This document shows positions 63,012 to 64,000 of a DNA stretch of 64,000 bases, piece after piece. This DNA comes from Candidatus Bathyarchaeota archaeon (lineage in GTDB: Archaea > Thermoproteota > Bathyarchaeia > Bathyarchaeales > Bathycorpusculaceae). The DNA is taken from positions 32,001 through 96,000 of the forward strand of contig CAVRFW010000007.1 in NCBI GenBank assembly GCA_963720565.1. Reading direction: 5' to 3'. The notes under the pieces were generated by a model. That model was not told the origin of the DNA and made no database searches. It was given only the letters and a program-made list of their open reading frames with translations. Both the position numbers and the translations under genes were made by a program. Every line of letters starts with the position of its first letter. The first letter of the stretch is position 1.

Positions 63012-63842
63012 TTATTTGACTAGTTTTCTTCTCATTAGGAAGATGGATAGGAAAAAGAAAGTCAATGCCGCAGCCAGCATCCAAACAATACTCAAGGCAG
63101 TCAGTACCTCTGGGCTGAGCCCTAGGAGTGGCTCCATTTTTCCAAGTGCAAGTGCTCTTGTTAAACCAACCAGGTGTGTTAGTGGCAGGAGGGTGAAAGC
63201 TATGGTTTGGATTGCTTCCGGCAAGACTGTTAGTGGGAAGAAGGTTCCGCTGAGTAGGAACATGGGTGTGATGTAGAGGAATGATGGAAAATTGAAGAAG
63301 TCAATGTTTGAGGCGAGTGCAGTGAAGCACATGCCTATGGAGGCAAACAGTAGCCCGCCGAGGAATGCGAGCGCTGGGATTAGGAGTGCAAGTGGGCTGG
63401 AGATTAAGCCGAAAGCTGCAACTATTGTTAGGACGATTGTGCCGTTTATTGTTGCGCGTGTTGCGCCCCATAAGAGTTCGCCTGCTATGACTTCGTCTAG
63501 GTTGATGGGTGTGGCGATGATGGCGTCGAAAGTTTTCTGAAAGTACATGCGTACAAAAGAAGCGTAGGTGCATTCGAAGAAGGCGCCGTACATTACTGCG
63601 ATGGAGATTAGGCCTGGACCGATGAATTGAATGTATGAGGTTCCTTCAATCGTTCCTGTGATGAGAGATCCTAAGCCGACTCCGAATGCTGCAAGGTACA
63701 AGATTGGCTCTAGGAGTGCGGGCAAGAAGTTGACGAATATTGTTTTGGTGAAAACGTCGAAGTCCCTCTGCCAGACCCTCCAGACGCGGTAGGTGAGCTT
63801 CGGGAAAAAGGAAGAGCCTGGCTTTTTGTTGTCTGTTGTCAT
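63012..63842 (-). CDS. ABC-2 permease (NodJ-like)
   Basis: LEPILYL.AFG.GLG, QKTFDAIIATP and SGTFFP. Confidence 0.9.
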   Translation of the reverse strand: MTTDNKKPGSSFFPKLTYRVWRVWQRDFDVFTKTIFVNFLPALLEPILYLAAFGVGLGSLITGTIEGTSYIQFIGPGLISIAVMYGAFFECTYASFVRMYFQKTFDAIIATPINLDEVIAGELLWGATRATINGTIVLTIVAAFGLISSPLALLIPALAFLGGLLFASIGMCFTALASNIDFFNFPSFLYITPMFLLSGTFFPLTVLPEAIQTIAFTLLPLTHLVGLTRALALGKMEPLLGLSPEVLTALSIVWMLAAALTFFFLSIFLMRRKLVK

Positions 63843-64000
63843 TCTCGCAGTTTTCTCCCGGTTAGCTTTAGGAAGACGTCTTCCAGGTTGGCGACGCGAA
63901 TGCTCATTGGCATTCCTGGAAATTTGCGGGTTATTCTCTCGAAGCTGCCATGCGGTTGATTGGTGAATATTCGGATTTGGTCATTGTAGATTTCGATGTG
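63839..64000 (-). CDS. ABC ATP-binding protein (NodI-like), C-terminal part only
   Basis: ...ANLEDVFLKLTGRKLRE*, overlapping the permease start. Confidence 0.75.
   Translation of the reverse strand, partial: HIEIYNDQIRIFTNQPHGSFERITRKFPGMPMSIRVANLEDVFLKLTGRKLRE

Noticed and set aside
439..63573. Numerous short antisense or overlapping ORFs in the track
   Set aside because: They are shadows of longer genes with recognisable motifs and have no independent support

Overview
This is an archaeal genome segment, most likely Bathyarchaeia. That assignment is an inference from the tailless archaeal histone, GGAGGTGA ribosome-binding sites, frequent TTG/GTG starts and the NosD/Kelch/Ig surface-protein families. 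The first ~22 kb is a mosaic of small accessory genes: P-type ATPase, Dph6-like ligase, solo TIR-like protein, histone, glycosyltransferase, SRPBCC pair, ArsR pair, FAD oxidoreductase, MFS with a GH3/ANL ligase, two ABC pairs and a GNAT. From 22.3 to 62.8 kb lies an array of about 21 co-oriented secreted-protein genes with unrelated middles (beta-helix, Kelch, YVTN, PQQ, TolB-like, PKD, Ig-like). They share an N-terminal signal peptide and a C-terminal PEPFPT-TM-VY(F/L)KKR tail that is conserved at the DNA level. Three DNA motifs punctuate the array: an upstream motif A (GTCAA-N6-TTGAC palindrome plus a promoter-like tail), a tail-coding motif C that shares TCAAGAAAC with A, and a downstream palindromic motif B. 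Orphan heads, tails and head/tail junctions occur without gene bodies, often broken at GCGC/GCAC tracts, which suggests a cassette-shuffling surface-variation system. No recombinase or archaeosortase gene is present in the window. Other highlights are an unannotated 16-aa H1-like Lys/Ala micropeptide divergent from the histone gene and a CorA with a 10-heptad expansion. About ten single-base frameshifts are probably assembly errors. No rRNA, intact tRNA, CRISPR array or transposase was recognised.
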